64,000 bases of DNA, from contig JAIBDF010000001.1 of NCBI GenBank assembly GCA_024679535.1, positions 21,748-85,747 of the forward strand. Reading direction: 5' to 3'. The notes below the pieces were generated by a model. The model did no database searches, was not told where the DNA came from, and was given only the letters and a program-made list of their open reading frames with translations. Source of the DNA: Chromatiales bacterium. GTDB lineage: Bacteria > Pseudomonadota > Gammaproteobacteria > Steroidobacterales > Woeseiaceae. Position numbers and translations under genes: made by a program. Positions 22,163-33,205 of this stretch are shown one piece after another (position 1 is the first letter of the stretch; each line of letters starts with the position of its first letter).

Positions 22163-22771
22163 ATGAATGATGCAATAAGAATGCAGATTTCCGCTTTTGT
22201 CGACGGCGAGTTGCCGGAGGCTGAAACAGATCTTCTGCTGCGAAGAATGAGTCAGGATGCCGATCTGAGGAAACAGGCTGCCGAATTCCTGGAGATCGGA
22301 CGCGCCATGCGCGGTGAGCCAGGTGTACCCGGCGTCGAGCGGCTGCAGGAGCGAATCAGTGCGGCGCTGAATGACAGGCCGATGGTGGCTGACGAAGTGT
22401 TGCCGGAGCTGCCATCGGGTCGGTCGATTCGGCCACTGGTTGGCGCGGCGGTTGCTGCGTCGGTTGCCTTGCTGGCTATCGTAGGACTGCAATTCAGTCC
22501 CGGTGTCGACGGGACGGACACTGCGGCACCTGCCAGCGCGGTAGCAGAGGTTGCCGAGGATACGACCTATGTTGTTCCTCCGCGGCCCGTGGATGACCAG
22601 TTGCGGCAGTACGTTATGAGCCATGGCGCATCGACGTCAGAACTCGGTGGCAACAGCATGAATGCTCGCCTCGTCGCGCTGCGACTAAGCGAGGAAGCGC
22701 TGGCCGAGGAAGAATCCGAAGACGAGGCCGTTGACGAAGCGGCTGCCGACCCGATACCAACCCAACCATAG
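22163..22771 (+). CDS. rseA: Anti-sigmaE factor RseA/MucA
   Basis: ISAFVDGEL N-terminal motif and a single TM segment (AAVAASVALLAIVG); follows rpoE. Confidence 0.88.
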   Translation: MNDAIRMQISAFVDGELPEAETDLLLRRMSQDADLRKQAAEFLEIGRAMRGEPGVPGVERLQERISAALNDRPMVADEVLPELPSGRSIRPLVGAAVAASVALLAIVGLQFSPGVDGTDTAAPASAVAEVAEDTTYVVPPRPVDDQLRQYVMSHGASTSELGGNSMNARLVALRLSEEALAEEESEDEAVDEAAADPIPTQP

Positions 22772-23742
22772 TGCCGGCGGATCGTTTGCAAGCACTTGTC
22801 TGGCCCGCTCTCGCGGTGGGCCAGTTGTTTTGCCTATCGGCAGCCATGGCCGAACGTATCGAACCGAACGAGTGGCTCAGCCGCATGGGAGCGGCTGTAC
22901 AGACGACCAGTTACGAGGGTACGGTCATTCGTATCAAGGATGGCAAGGCCGAAGCGCTGAAAGTTGTGCATACGATCAGCGACGGTGTGATTCGTGAGAA
23001 AGTCGTCGCCCAGGAGGGCAACGGTATCGAGATCATTCGCAACGGCAACGAGGTGCACTGTATTCTGCCCGACCGTCAGTCCGTGCTTGTGGAGGAGTGG
23101 GACGATCAGTCCACGCTGTTTTCCACGTTGCCGACAAGCGAGGTTCGCTTTGGCAGCGAATATGACGTCTCAATTGTTCGCGAGGAACGCGTGGCCGGAC
23201 GCCAGACCATCCTCGTTGCGATCCGACCGCATGATGGCTACCGCTATGGGCACCGCATCTGGCTGGATACGGAAACCGCGTTTCCTCTGCAAACTCAGCT
23301 TATTGGCGAGGATGGCGCGGCGCTCGAGCAGGTCAAGTTCGCCGATATCAGCCTGAACAAGGCTATCGAAGCGAGCGCCTTGGCGCCGTCCTACAGCACC
23401 GAGAACTTCCGCTGGCTGACACAGCCGTCACGTCATGTCAGCCATGCACTCGAAACGGACTGGGCAAGTACTGACATGCCGCAGGGTTTCGAGGCAGTCG
23501 CCACGCACGGGGAGACGCTGCCCGGCAGCGATGCGGTTGTGACCCACATCATCTACAGTGATGGTCTCTCGAGCGTGTCAGTATTTATTGCACCGCAGGA
23601 CTCGGCTGTTTCTGATGGTCATTCGAAGGTCGGTGGCTCCAACTCCTTCAGCGCAGTCATCGACGGCCATCGGGTTACCGCTGTCGGAGAGGTGCCCGTC
23701 ATGACCGTCGAGCAAATCGCGACGACGATGATGCGGCACTGA
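22771..23742 (+). CDS. rseB: Periplasmic regulator RseB/MucB
   Basis: Signal peptide, DGYRYGHRIWLD, YSDGLSSVSVFI and TAVGEVP motifs. Confidence 0.9.
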   Translation: MPADRLQALVWPALAVGQLFCLSAAMAERIEPNEWLSRMGAAVQTTSYEGTVIRIKDGKAEALKVVHTISDGVIREKVVAQEGNGIEIIRNGNEVHCILPDRQSVLVEEWDDQSTLFSTLPTSEVRFGSEYDVSIVREERVAGRQTILVAIRPHDGYRYGHRIWLDTETAFPLQTQLIGEDGAALEQVKFADISLNKAIEASALAPSYSTENFRWLTQPSRHVSHALETDWASTDMPQGFEAVATHGETLPGSDAVVTHIIYSDGLSSVSVFIAPQDSAVSDGHSKVGGSNSFSAVIDGHRVTAVGEVPVMTVEQIATTMMRH

Positions 23743-23767
23743 AATCCACCTCCTGTAAACTGCCGCC

Positions 23768-24214
23768 ATGGAACAAAGCCGCGGCCGAATAATCTCAGTT
23801 GCTGACGATCTGTCACACGCTACCGTTGAGGTGGATACTGCGGTATTTTGCCCTCGCTGCGCGAGCGGCAAGGGCTGCGGCGCCGGAATTTTTGGCAGTG
23901 ATCGTGGCCCTCGTCGTCTTGACGCCCTGGTGGTCGGGCAGCTCGAGCTGCATGAGGGAGATGAGGTCCAGCTCGAACTGGCTCCGCAGAGCGTGCTGCG
24001 CGCCGCTCTTATCGTCTATGGGATACCGTTGGCAGCGACGGTGCTTGTGACCGGAATCGCCTATCTCGCGGGCCTCACGGACGTGGAAGCTGTTCTGGCG
24101 GTGAGCGCGGCCGTCGCGGTGAGTGTGATTATCTCTCGACAAAGGCTGCGGCGCTCCGGCTGTCTTCGTCAGTACACGCCAGCTGTTACCGGGCGTCTGG
24201 GCAGGGTGGAATGA
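23768..24214 (+). CDS. rseC: RseC/MucC family membrane protein
   Basis: CPRCASGKGCG Cys motif and AALIVYGIPL. Confidence 0.85.
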   Translation: MEQSRGRIISVADDLSHATVEVDTAVFCPRCASGKGCGAGIFGSDRGPRRLDALVVGQLELHEGDEVQLELAPQSVLRAALIVYGIPLAATVLVTGIAYLAGLTDVEAVLAVSAAVAVSVIISRQRLRRSGCLRQYTPAVTGRLGRVE

Positions 24215-24444
24215 GGGCCCTGCAGGTCTATAGCCGCGCGGGCTGTCACCTTTGCGAGGCGTTGCTGGAGGAGCTCAGGCCCCTGATAGAGGGCAAGCTT
24301 ACGCTCGACGTGCGGGATATCGACACTAATCCGGAGTGGCATGAGCGCTGGTTCATGGACATCCCGGTCGTCGAGTACGAGGGCGCATTCGTCTGTATGC
24401 ATTTTCTCGATCACGACGCGATTACAGGTATACTTCGCGGCTGA
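24211..24444 (+). CDS. Glutaredoxin-like protein (DUF836)
   Basis: [10 protein letters not shown] (CxxC) and DIPV motifs. Confidence 0.85.
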   Translation: MRALQVYSRAGCHLCEALLEELRPLIEGKLTLDVRDIDTNPEWHERWFMDIPVVEYEGAFVCMHFLDHDAITGILRG

Positions 24445-24509
24445 AATTTCCGGCGATTTTTGCCGCTCAAGCTTGTGGTTTAGCCGCTGGCGCCAGGTCC
24501 CCCCTTTTA

Positions 24510-26300
24510 ATGAAGCAGATACGCAACTTCTCGATCATCGCCCATATCGATCATGGCAAGTCCACGCTTGCCGATCGATTTATCCAGCTATGCGGTGGTC
24601 TGGCAGACCGTGAAATGTCGGAGCAGGTCCTCGATTCGATGGATCTCGAGCGGGAACGGGGTATTACGATCAAGGCACAGAGCGTATCGCTCGACTACAC
24701 GGCCAACGATGGGGAGACGTACCAGCTGAACTTCATCGACACGCCGGGTCACGTGGACTTTTCCTACGAGGTATCGCGATCCCTGGCAGCCTGCGAAGGG
24801 GCCTTGCTCGTGGTGGATGCTGCGCAGGGCGTCGAGGCGCAAAGTGTCGCGAACTGCACCACGGCCATCGATCAGGGGCTCGAAGTACTGCCCGTGCTCA
24901 ACAAGATCGACCTGCCTGCGGCTGAGCCGGAGAAGGTCGTTGCCGAGATCGAGGACATTATCGGTGTCGATGCGCAGGATGCGATCCATGTCAGCGCGAA
25001 GACGGGACAGGGCATACCCGAGCTGCTGGAGCAGATTGTCGAACTGATCCCGCCGCCCGACGGCGATCCCGATGGTCCGTTGCAGGCGCTGATCATTGAC
25101 TCCTGGTTCGATAATTACGTAGGTGTAGTGTCGCTTGTTCGCGTTATGAACGGGAAACTGACCAAAGGCAGCAAGATCAAGGTCATGTCTACGGGTGTCT
25201 CGTACAACGCAGATCGGGTCGGCGTGTTCACGCCCAAAATGGAAGATCGGAAGGAGCTTAGGACCGGGGAGGTCGGGTTCGTTATCGCGGCGATCAAGGA
25301 TATTTATGGTGCGCCCGTTGGGGATACACTGACGACGACGAAAAACGCCTGCGAAGACATGCTGCCGGGATTCAAGCAGGTCCAGCCACGAGTGTTTGCT
25401 GGCCTGTTTCCAATCAGCTCCGATGATTATGAGGGTTTCAGAGAGGCGCTGCAGAAATTGCGCCTGAATGACGCGGCCCTGCATTTTGAGCCCGAGACGT
25501 CCGCGGCTCTGGGGTTTGGGTTCCGCTGCGGTTTCCTTGGCATGCTGCACATGGAAATCGTGCAGGAGCGCCTCGAACGCGAATACGACCTCGAACTCAT
25601 AACGACAGCGCCAACGGTTGTGTTCGAGGTTATCGATACGAGCGGCACAGCACTTCACGTCGATAATCCCTCCAAATTACCGCCGGCCAATGAAATCTCG
25701 GAACTGCGCGAACCGATCATCTCAGCCAACATCCTTGTTCCGGAGGCGCACGTTGGTGCGGTTATCAAGCTGTGTATTGAAAAACGCGGCGTGCAAAAGC
25801 AGCTGCGTTACCTTGGTGGGCAGGTTTCGATTGAATACGAATTGCCGCTGGCTGAGGTCGTTCTCGACTTTTTTGACCGCCTGAAATCGGTCAGCCGCGG
25901 GTTCGCGTCGTTTGACTATCATTTCCTGCGGTTTCAGCCGGCGCAGCTGGTGCGACTGGATGTGCTCATCAACACCGAGCGCGTAGATGCTCTGTCGATC
26001 ATCGTTCATAAAGAAAATGTGAGAACTCGTGGACGAGAATTGGTCGAAAAAATGAGAGAATTGATTCCACGGCAGATGTTTGACGTCGCGATTCAGGCTG
26101 CTGTTGGCAGTCAGGTCATCGCGCGCAGCACAGTCAAGGCACTGCGCAAGAATGTGACGGCCAAGTGCTACGGTGGTGACGTCTCGCGTAAACGCAAGCT
26201 GCTGGAGAAACAGAAAGCCGGCAAGAAAAGAATGAAGCAGGTTGGTTCGGTAGAGATTCCGCAGGAAGCATTCCTCGCTGTATTGCGAACAAACAAGTGA
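24510..26300 (+). CDS. lepA: Elongation factor 4
   Basis: [19 protein letters not shown] and [18 protein letters not shown] motifs. Confidence 0.99.
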   Translation: MKQIRNFSIIAHIDHGKSTLADRFIQLCGGLADREMSEQVLDSMDLERERGITIKAQSVSLDYTANDGETYQLNFIDTPGHVDFSYEVSRSLAACEGALLVVDAAQGVEAQSVANCTTAIDQGLEVLPVLNKIDLPAAEPEKVVAEIEDIIGVDAQDAIHVSAKTGQGIPELLEQIVELIPPPDGDPDGPLQALIIDSWFDNYVGVVSLVRVMNGKLTKGSKIKVMSTGVSYNADRVGVFTPKMEDRKELRTGEVGFVIAAIKDIYGAPVGDTLTTTKNACEDMLPGFKQVQPRVFAGLFPISSDDYEGFREALQKLRLNDAALHFEPETSAALGFGFRCGFLGMLHMEIVQERLEREYDLELITTAPTVVFEVIDTSGTALHVDNPSKLPPANEISELREPIISANILVPEAHVGAVIKLCIEKRGVQKQLRYLGGQVSIEYELPLAEVVLDFFDRLKSVSRGFASFDYHFLRFQPAQLVRLDVLINTERVDALSIIVHKENVRTRGRELVEKMRELIPRQMFDVAIQAAVGSQVIARSTVKALRKNVTAKCYGGDVSRKRKLLEKQKAGKKRMKQVGSVEIPQEAFLAVLRTNK

Positions 26301-26309
26301 GTACGAATA

Positions 26310-27068
26310 TTGATTATTAATCTGGCATTGATTCTGACGGTTTTGACGGCGTTGACGGGTGTCATCGTTGCACTCGACAAGCTGGTCTGGAAAACCGACA
26401 TGGAAGACCCTCGGCAGGCGCCGGGCGGTCAGCGCGTCCTCGTAGAGTACGCGCGCTCGTTTTTCCCGGTGTTGTTGTTTGTTCTTGTTATTCGTTCGTT
26501 CGTCTTTGAACCGTTTCGCATTCCGTCCGGTTCGATGATGCCGACCTTGCTCGAGGGAGACTTCATTTTCGTCAAGAAGTACGCCTATGGTCTGCGCCTG
26601 CCGGTTACCGAGACCAAGGTGATCGAGACCGGCAGTCCCAAGAGGGGCGATGTCATGGTGTTCCGCCTGCCGTCGGATCCGAGCATCAATTACATAAAAC
26701 GCGTTATCGGCCTGCCGGGTGATACCGTCGTGTATGAGCGGCACCGGTTGACCATTAATGGACAACCGGTCGATCTGCAGCGCGACGAAGACAGTGCCTG
26801 GAACGTGCCGCTGTTCGTAGAAGATCTCGATGGCAGGGTGCACGATATCCTGGTCACTAACCCCGATTTTTCGACACGCGACAACACGTACCGGGTGCCT
26901 GACGGACATTTCTTTGTGATGGGCGACAATCGTGATCGTAGTAAGGACAGCCGCTTTATCGGGGCGATTCCCGAGGAGTTTCTGGTCGGCGAGGCGGTTC
27001 GCATCTGGATGCACTTCGTGCCATGGAACATGCCGGACTGGGGTCGGGTAGGTGCGAAAATCCAATAA
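26310..27068 (+). CDS. lepB: Signal peptidase I
   Basis: IPSGSMMPTL (catalytic Ser), YIKRVIGLPGD (Lys) and GDNRDRSKDSR motifs. Confidence 0.96.
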   Translation: MIINLALILTVLTALTGVIVALDKLVWKTDMEDPRQAPGGQRVLVEYARSFFPVLLFVLVIRSFVFEPFRIPSGSMMPTLLEGDFIFVKKYAYGLRLPVTETKVIETGSPKRGDVMVFRLPSDPSINYIKRVIGLPGDTVVYERHRLTINGQPVDLQRDEDSAWNVPLFVEDLDGRVHDILVTNPDFSTRDNTYRVPDGHFFVMGDNRDRSKDSRFIGAIPEEFLVGEAVRIWMHFVPWNMPDWGRVGAKIQ

Positions 27069-27161
27069 TGTGGTGCCAGTCACTGATTTGACCGGTAAAA
27101 TTGCGTTACGTTAAGCAATGTAGCGCGATGCAAGCGCAGTAGATTGAACGGAGAGGGTTGT

Positions 27162-27557
27162 ATGTCTTTGAATGACTTGGAAAAATGGCGAAATAAGCGC
27201 CAGCAGGCTGGCATGACGACATTGGGCCTGGTTATCCTGCTGATATTCGTCGGGCTCTTCGCCTTCGCCGGTATTCGGTTGACCCCTGTATATCTCAACT
27301 ACATGAAAATCGTCGGCGTTGTGGACGGCGTCGGTCAGGAATTCGATGGTCAAGGTGCGACGCGTGCGGCGATCCGTAACTCCATTGTACGTCGTTTCGA
27401 TGTCGATAGCGTGTCCGTCATCACAGCCAAAGACGTCAAGGTAACCGCGGTTGATGGCGGTTTCGAAGTTGCAGCTACCTATCCGCACAAGTCCCCGTTC
27501 ATTGCCAATATTTCATTCGTGGTGGACTTCGACAAGAGAACGCTAATCCGCCGCTAG
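27162..27557 (+). CDS. DUF4845 family protein
   Basis: Pilin-like N-terminus QAGMTTLGLV plus TM segment; sits between lepB and rnc; GGAGAGG RBS before ATG 27162. Confidence 0.8.
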   Translation: MSLNDLEKWRNKRQQAGMTTLGLVILLIFVGLFAFAGIRLTPVYLNYMKIVGVVDGVGQEFDGQGATRAAIRNSIVRRFDVDSVSVITAKDVKVTAVDGGFEVAATYPHKSPFIANISFVVDFDKRTLIRR

Positions 27558-27601
27558 CTACCTCTGGCCGCACGGCGGCCCGGCAATAAAGAGCGATAAC
27601 A

Positions 27602-28288
27602 TTGGAAAAGGCCGAGAGCTGGCTCGACAAGACGCTGCACTATCGCTTTCACGATGTGAGCCTGTTGACGCAGGCCCTTACGCACAGAAGCGCGAACGGC
27701 AGCAATAATGAGCGCCTGGAGTTTCTCGGCGACGCCGTCCTTGATTTCGTCATTTCCGATGCCGTATTCGCGCGGCGGCCCGACGCCAGCGAAGGGGATC
27801 TCAGCAAGTTACGCGCATCGCTGGTCAAGGATACTTCGCTTGCAAAGCTGGCAGCCGACCTGGGTGTCGGTGAACACCTGATTCTGGGCAGTGGCGAACG
27901 CAAGACCGGCGGGCATCGTCGCGAGTCGATCCTTGCTGATGCCCTGGAAGCCATTTTCGGTGCCGTCTTCCTGGATTCGGGGTTTGCGGCTGCAACGGAA
28001 ATGATCGAACGCGTTTATGCCCGGCGGCTCGAGGAACTGCCCGATGCAGAAGATTTGCGGGATGCCAAAACACGATTGCAGGAATGGCTGCAGGCACGCA
28101 AGCTTTCCCTACCTGAATATGAGCTTGTTGAGGCTACGGGCAAAGCACACCAGCAGCGCTTCATTGTCTCCTGTACCGTAGGCGAGTTGTCCCAGAGGAC
28201 CGAAGGCGAGTCCACGACGCGGCGCAAGGCAGAACAAAAGGCGGCGCGACAAATGCTCGAAATTTTTGCGGGGAACGGCCATGAGTGA
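27602..28288 (+). CDS. rnc: Ribonuclease III
   Basis: NERLEFLGDAVL signature and dsRBD (KTRLQEWLQ); TTG start. Confidence 0.96.
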   Translation: MEKAESWLDKTLHYRFHDVSLLTQALTHRSANGSNNERLEFLGDAVLDFVISDAVFARRPDASEGDLSKLRASLVKDTSLAKLAADLGVGEHLILGSGERKTGGHRRESILADALEAIFGAVFLDSGFAAATEMIERVYARRLEELPDAEDLRDAKTRLQEWLQARKLSLPEYELVEATGKAHQQRFIVSCTVGELSQRTEGESTTRRKAEQKAARQMLEIFAGNGHE

Positions 28289-29174
28289 GCACCGCTGCGG
28301 ACTGGTTGCTGTCATAGGGCGACCAAATGTGGGCAAGTCAACGTTGATCAATGCCGTCATGGGTCGAAAGGTCAGCATCGTTACGGCGAAGCCGCAGACC
28401 ACGCGGCACCGAATTCTCGCGGTGCACTCGGATGACAGTGCGCAGATCATTTTCGTCGATACGCCTGGCTTGCATCGCAAGGCTGGCAAAGCGATGAACA
28501 GGATGATGAATCGTACCGCCGCCAATGCCCTTGCAGATGCGGACGTCATTTTATTCGTCACGGAAGCCACCCGCTGGACGACCGAGGACGATGACGTCCT
28601 GAAACGCCTCAAACAGGCCCATGCGCCGGTAGTCGCGGTGCTCAATAAAATCGACAAGGTGCATCCGAAGGAGAAACTTCTGGACGCGCTGGGCTTGATG
28701 GCGGCGCGGCATGACTTCGCCGAGATCATTCCGATCTCAGCGCATAAGCACGACAATCTCGACCAGTTAATGGCCATGCTGCCGAAATTCCTCCCGGAGT
28801 CGCCGCCGCTGTTCCCCGAGGATATGCACACGGATCGCAGCAAAGAGTTCCATGCGGCCGAGGTGATCCGCGAAAAGCTCACGCTGATGCTCCATCAGGA
28901 GCTCCCCTATGGCCTGACCGTGCAGGTCGAGCGTTATATTGCTGACGACAAGGGCGTTACGATAAACGCTGTCATCTGGGTCGAACGTGACAGCCAGAAG
29001 GGGATTGTCGTTGGCAAGAATGGCGGTGTGCTGAAGAAAGTCGGCACGTCCGCGCGCGTCGAACTCAAGGAAATGTTGCACTGCAACGTGCACCTGGAGC
29101 TGTGGGTCAAGGTAAAGAGCAACTGGGCCGACAACGAGAAGGATCTCATGAACCTCGGTTACGAAGCACCCTAG
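28281..29174 (+). CDS. era: GTPase Era
   Basis: GRPNVGKSTL, DTPG, NKID and a KH domain. Confidence 0.97.
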   Translation: MSEHRCGLVAVIGRPNVGKSTLINAVMGRKVSIVTAKPQTTRHRILAVHSDDSAQIIFVDTPGLHRKAGKAMNRMMNRTAANALADADVILFVTEATRWTTEDDDVLKRLKQAHAPVVAVLNKIDKVHPKEKLLDALGLMAARHDFAEIIPISAHKHDNLDQLMAMLPKFLPESPPLFPEDMHTDRSKEFHAAEVIREKLTLMLHQELPYGLTVQVERYIADDKGVTINAVIWVERDSQKGIVVGKNGGVLKKVGTSARVELKEMLHCNVHLELWVKVKSNWADNEKDLMNLGYEAP

Positions 29175-29186
29175 CAGCGATCGTCG

Positions 29187-29939
29187 ATGAGCAGGCGCGT
29201 TCAGCAACAGCCGGGTTATGTCCTGCATCATCGGCCATTTCAAGATTCCAGCCAGATACTCGACATCCTGACGCGCGACCACGGCAAGGTGGCCGTCGTG
29301 GCGCGCGGCAGCCGTGGATCCAAGTCCCGCCTGGCCGGCGTGTTGCGCCCGTTCCTGCCACTGCGTGTCTCCTGGGTGGCAAAATCTGATCTCGGCACGT
29401 TGACCGGTGCCGAAGCCTCAGGTGCGCCATCCGGCCTGCGTGGCGACGCGTTGTTGTCGGCGTACTACGTCAATGAACTGATGCTGCACTTTCTGCACCG
29501 GCATGACCCCCAGCCTGAGATCTACGCTCTTTACGAACAGTCGATTCACTCACTATGTAGTACGTCGCAGGTCGCCGCCCACCTGCGGCAGTTCGAACTC
29601 GAGTTCCTCAGCCTGCTGGGTTATGCCCTGAACTTCGATCGTGTCGCGGGCACGCATGACGATGTCGTCCCAGATCGTTACTATGATTACCGGGTTGAGG
29701 ATGGTCCCGTTCCGGTCGATCATACGGAGGGACCGCTCGTATTCAGTGGCGCCACATTACTGGCGATTGCAGCCGCACGGTTCGATGAGCCGGAGGTACT
29801 CCGTGCCGCCAACCGGTTGTTGCGCGACGTTGTTGGTTTTCACCTTGGTGGTAAGGAACTCAAGAGCCGTAAGGTGCTGCTGGAGGTGCATCGGGGTAGA
29901 ATTGCGGCAACCCGGAAAACAGATAAGACGAATGAGTAA
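29187..29939 (+). CDS. recO: DNA repair protein RecO
   Basis: [11 protein letters not shown] and YYVNEL motifs; era-recO-pdxJ synteny. Confidence 0.93.
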   Translation: MSRRVQQQPGYVLHHRPFQDSSQILDILTRDHGKVAVVARGSRGSKSRLAGVLRPFLPLRVSWVAKSDLGTLTGAEASGAPSGLRGDALLSAYYVNELMLHFLHRHDPQPEIYALYEQSIHSLCSTSQVAAHLRQFELEFLSLLGYALNFDRVAGTHDDVVPDRYYDYRVEDGPVPVDHTEGPLVFSGATLLAIAAARFDEPEVLRAANRLLRDVVGFHLGGKELKSRKVLLEVHRGRIAATRKTDKTNE

Positions 29940-30672
29940 AGAAACCCCAATATTTCTCGGCGTCAACATAGACCACGTTGCCACGCTCCGGCAGGCGCGT
30001 GGCACGACGTATCCGCGTCCGGCGGAAGCGGCCCATTTGGCGGAGCGGTCCGGTGCCGACAGCATTACGGTGCACCTGCGCGAGGATCGTCGGCATATTC
30101 AGGACCACGACCTCGAGGAGGTCAATGAGGTCATGCGTACACATATGAACCTCGAGATGGCTGTGACCGACGAGATGGTCGCAATCGCGAAGCGCACTAA
30201 ACCGACAGACGTTTGCCTCGTACCCGAAAAGCGCGCAGAGCTGACGACTGAAGGCGGGCTGGATGTTGCCGGCCAGCTGGACAAGGTCCGTGCCGTCTGC
30301 AAGGAACTGGGCGCAGCGGGTATCCGTGTATCGCTATTTATTGATCCGCAGCGCGCCCAACTCGATGCAGCGGTCGCCGCCGGTGCGCCGGTCGTAGAAC
30401 TCCACACAGGACAATATGCGGAATCGGAAGGCACCCGGCAGGCAGATGAGTTGGCGCGCATTAAGGATGCGGCCCGCTATGGGCATGAGCTGGGTCTCGT
30501 GATTAATGCGGGCCATGGCTTGCATTACCAAAACGTCAAACCGATAGCGCGCATCGAACAGATTGTCGAACTCAACATCGGCCATGCCATCATTGCGCGT
30601 GCAGTTTTCGACGGGCTCGGTCCCGCCGTCGCTGAAATGAAGCGCTTGATGCTAGAAGCGCGTGCGGGGTAA
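29932..30672 (+). CDS. pdxJ: Pyridoxine 5'-phosphate synthase
   Basis: [27 protein letters not shown] and NAGHGL motifs. Confidence 0.97.
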   Translation: MSKETPIFLGVNIDHVATLRQARGTTYPRPAEAAHLAERSGADSITVHLREDRRHIQDHDLEEVNEVMRTHMNLEMAVTDEMVAIAKRTKPTDVCLVPEKRAELTTEGGLDVAGQLDKVRAVCKELGAAGIRVSLFIDPQRAQLDAAVAAGAPVVELHTGQYAESEGTRQADELARIKDAARYGHELGLVINAGHGLHYQNVKPIARIEQIVELNIGHAIIARAVFDGLGPAVAEMKRLMLEARAG

Positions 30673-30679
30673 TCGAGCC

Positions 30680-31072
30680 GTGATATTTGGTATTGGAACA
30701 GACATCGTCGAGCTCAGCCGAATTGAGCAGGTCTACGGTCGCTATGGCGATCACTTCGCCAGGCGTATCCTCATGGAAGAAGAGATGGAGCTGTACCAGC
30801 GCAGCAAGAACCCGGTGCGCTTTCTGGCCATGCGTTTCGCCGGCAAAGAGGCAACGGTGAAAGCGATGGGGACCGGTTTTGCTCACGGTGTGTGGTTGCG
30901 CGACGTGGGAATTCTAAACAATGACTGGGGCAGACCTGTAATAGTCTGGTCCGAGCGGGGCAGTCGAGTCTGCGCGCGCCTCGGCATTGGTAGCGGTCAC
31001 CTTAGTCTCACTGATGACGCCGGCCTGGTGTTGGCTTTCGCGGTTGTTGAACACGCAGAACACAAGGGTTAG
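30680..31072 (+). CDS. acpS: Holo-ACP synthase
   Basis: GIGTDIVE and RFAGKEATVKAMGTG motifs. Confidence 0.94.
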   Translation: MIFGIGTDIVELSRIEQVYGRYGDHFARRILMEEEMELYQRSKNPVRFLAMRFAGKEATVKAMGTGFAHGVWLRDVGILNNDWGRPVIVWSERGSRVCARLGIGSGHLSLTDDAGLVLAFAVVEHAEHKG

Positions 31073-31080
31073 ACAAACGT

Positions 31081-31860
31081 ATGCACTGTTTTTCATTCGA
31101 TATCGAAACGGTTCCCGACGTTGAAGCCGGGCGCCAACTACTCGAACTGGATGGCCTGTCGGACAAGGACGTTGTAACGGCCATGCTGTTCAAACGCCAA
31201 CAGGCTGTCGGCCACGATTTTCTGCCGTTGCACCAGCATCGTGTCGTGGCTATTTCCATTACGTTTCGGACGGCCGATACGTTCAAGGTCTGGAGTCTTG
31301 GTGACGAGGGTTCCGGCGAAGCCGAACTCGTGAAGCGCTTTTTTGACGGCGTCGACCGCTATACGCCTGACCTGATTTCCTGGAACGGTGGCGGCTTCGA
31401 TTTGCCGGTGCTGCACTACCGCGCGCTCAAACACGGCATCCAGGCGCCGCGCTACTGGGAGAAGGGCGATTCAGATCGTGACTTCAAGTGGAACAATTAT
31501 CTGGCCCGCTACCACTGGCGTCACGTCGATCTGATGGATGTGCTCGCGAACTTCAATAATCGGGCGTTTGCCAAGCTCGATGAAATCGCGGTCATGCTGG
31601 GTTTTCCGGGCAAGCTGGGAATGAGTGGCGATAAAGTGTGGGACAAGTATCTCGAAGGTGGCATCAAGGAGATTCGGGATTATTGCGAGACCGATGTTTT
31701 GAACACCTGGCTGGTATACCTCCGGTTCGAATTTATGCGGGGCAATCTTGATGCTGACGATTTGCAGCGCGAGTATGCGCTGGTGCGCAGCGTGCTGGCC
31801 GGCATGGACGAGCCGCATCTCAATGAATTCCTGCAGGCCTGGCCAGAGTCGAACCAGTAA
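31081..31860 (+). CDS. PolB-like 3'-5' exonuclease domain protein
   Basis: FDIET (ExoI), WNGGGFDLPVL (ExoII) and YCETD (ExoIII) motifs. Confidence 0.88.
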   Translation: MHCFSFDIETVPDVEAGRQLLELDGLSDKDVVTAMLFKRQQAVGHDFLPLHQHRVVAISITFRTADTFKVWSLGDEGSGEAELVKRFFDGVDRYTPDLISWNGGGFDLPVLHYRALKHGIQAPRYWEKGDSDRDFKWNNYLARYHWRHVDLMDVLANFNNRAFAKLDEIAVMLGFPGKLGMSGDKVWDKYLEGGIKEIRDYCETDVLNTWLVYLRFEFMRGNLDADDLQREYALVRSVLAGMDEPHLNEFLQAWPESNQ

Positions 31861-33182
31861 TGGCGCGGAAAAAGCGGCGCGGGCCGGAAACAGCCGTCAT
31901 CGGCGGCGTCACGCATGACGGACGTGGTGTTGCAGACACCGACGGCAAGAAGGTCTTTGTTGCCGGCGCGCTCGAAGGGGAGAACGTCACTTTTCAGCGG
32001 CGCAAGTTCCACCGTAACTTCGATGAAGCCGAATTACTTGAGGTGCACGAGTCATCATCCGATCGGATCGATGCGAAGTGCGAGGCCTTTGGCCGCTGTG
32101 GTGGCTGTTCTTTACAGCACATTACACCCGAGCATCAGCGCAAGATTAAGGCACAAACGCTGACGGACAACCTCGAACGTATCGGGCGCGTGACGCCGGA
32201 GGCGTGGCTCGAGCCCATGACAGGGCCTGTCTGGCACTATCGTCGTCGTGCACGACTGGCGGTCAAGGATGTTTACGGTAAAGGCCGCACACTTGTGGGC
32301 TTTCGCGAACGTCATGCGCCGTACATTACTGACATGCAGCGTTGCGAGGTGCTGGCACAGCCCATCGATGGAATGATTGCGGAACTCAGCGAGATGATCG
32401 GCAGCCTGTCAATAAAGGCGCGCTTGCCGCAGATCGAAGTTGCTGTGGCAGAGAACGATATCGCCCTGGTTTTTCGCGTGCTCGACCCGCCTACCGATGC
32501 CGATAATGGTTTGCTTCGGCAGTTTGGTGAGAAACATGAACTCCGTATCTATTTGCAAACCGGTGGACTGGACACGGTTGCGTTGTTCTATCCTGACGCG
32601 GTCGCTGAATCGTTGTACTACACGTTGCCTGAATTCGACATTCGTGTGGATTTCGAGCCCATCGACTTTGTACAGGTCAACGGCGATATCAACAGGCGCA
32701 TGGTGAATTTCGCAGCGGCACAACTGGGTGCCGGGCCTCGTGATCGCGTGCTGGACCTGTTCTGCGGGATTGGCAATTTTTCGCTGCCGCTAGCGCGGCA
32801 AGCAGGCACCGTACTGGGTGTTGAAGGTGAGGCGAGCCTCACACAACGTGCCGCCGTGAACGCCGGCCGTAACGGCCTTGATAACGTGTCATTTCGAGTT
32901 GCCGACCTGGGCAAGATCGATGGCACCGAAGGTTGGGTGAAAGAGGGCTGGGATCGTATGTTGCTGGATCCAGCCCGCAGCGGCGCTGCAGAGGTGGTAA
33001 CACGTATGCACCTGTTCGGGCCGGAACGGATTGTCTACGTATCGTGTCATCCCGGCACATTGGCACGCGACGCCGGGACGTTGGTTCACGAGCAGGGCTA
33101 TCAGCTTGAATCGGCCGGGATCATTGATATGTTCCCGCACACGGCACATGTAGAATCAATCGCGGTATTTAGGAAAACGTGA
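31860..33182 (+). CDS. rlmD: 23S rRNA m5U1939 methyltransferase
   Basis: TRAM domain, C..FGRCGGCSLQH, LDLFCGIGNF, YVSCHP and DMFPHTAHVE motifs. Confidence 0.96.
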   Translation: MARKKRRGPETAVIGGVTHDGRGVADTDGKKVFVAGALEGENVTFQRRKFHRNFDEAELLEVHESSSDRIDAKCEAFGRCGGCSLQHITPEHQRKIKAQTLTDNLERIGRVTPEAWLEPMTGPVWHYRRRARLAVKDVYGKGRTLVGFRERHAPYITDMQRCEVLAQPIDGMIAELSEMIGSLSIKARLPQIEVAVAENDIALVFRVLDPPTDADNGLLRQFGEKHELRIYLQTGGLDTVALFYPDAVAESLYYTLPEFDIRVDFEPIDFVQVNGDINRRMVNFAAAQLGAGPRDRVLDLFCGIGNFSLPLARQAGTVLGVEGEASLTQRAAVNAGRNGLDNVSFRVADLGKIDGTEGWVKEGWDRMLLDPARSGAAEVVTRMHLFGPERIVYVSCHPGTLARDAGTLVHEQGYQLESAGIIDMFPHTAHVESIAVFRKT

Positions 33183-33205
33183 CCGCAGGCAATGAGGCTC
33201 AACGG

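Noticed and set aside
24588..27083. Long antisense ORFs (356 and 453 aa) opposite lepA-lepB
   Set aside because: Fully overlap conserved genes on the opposite strand; explained by codon bias.
29641..29931. Extended N-termini in the ORF track (pdxJ here; also kynA from 51250, RND from 54787, DUF2062 from 44512)
   Set aside because: The extensions overlap neighbouring genes; homology-like sequence begins at the downstream ATGs used in the feature list.
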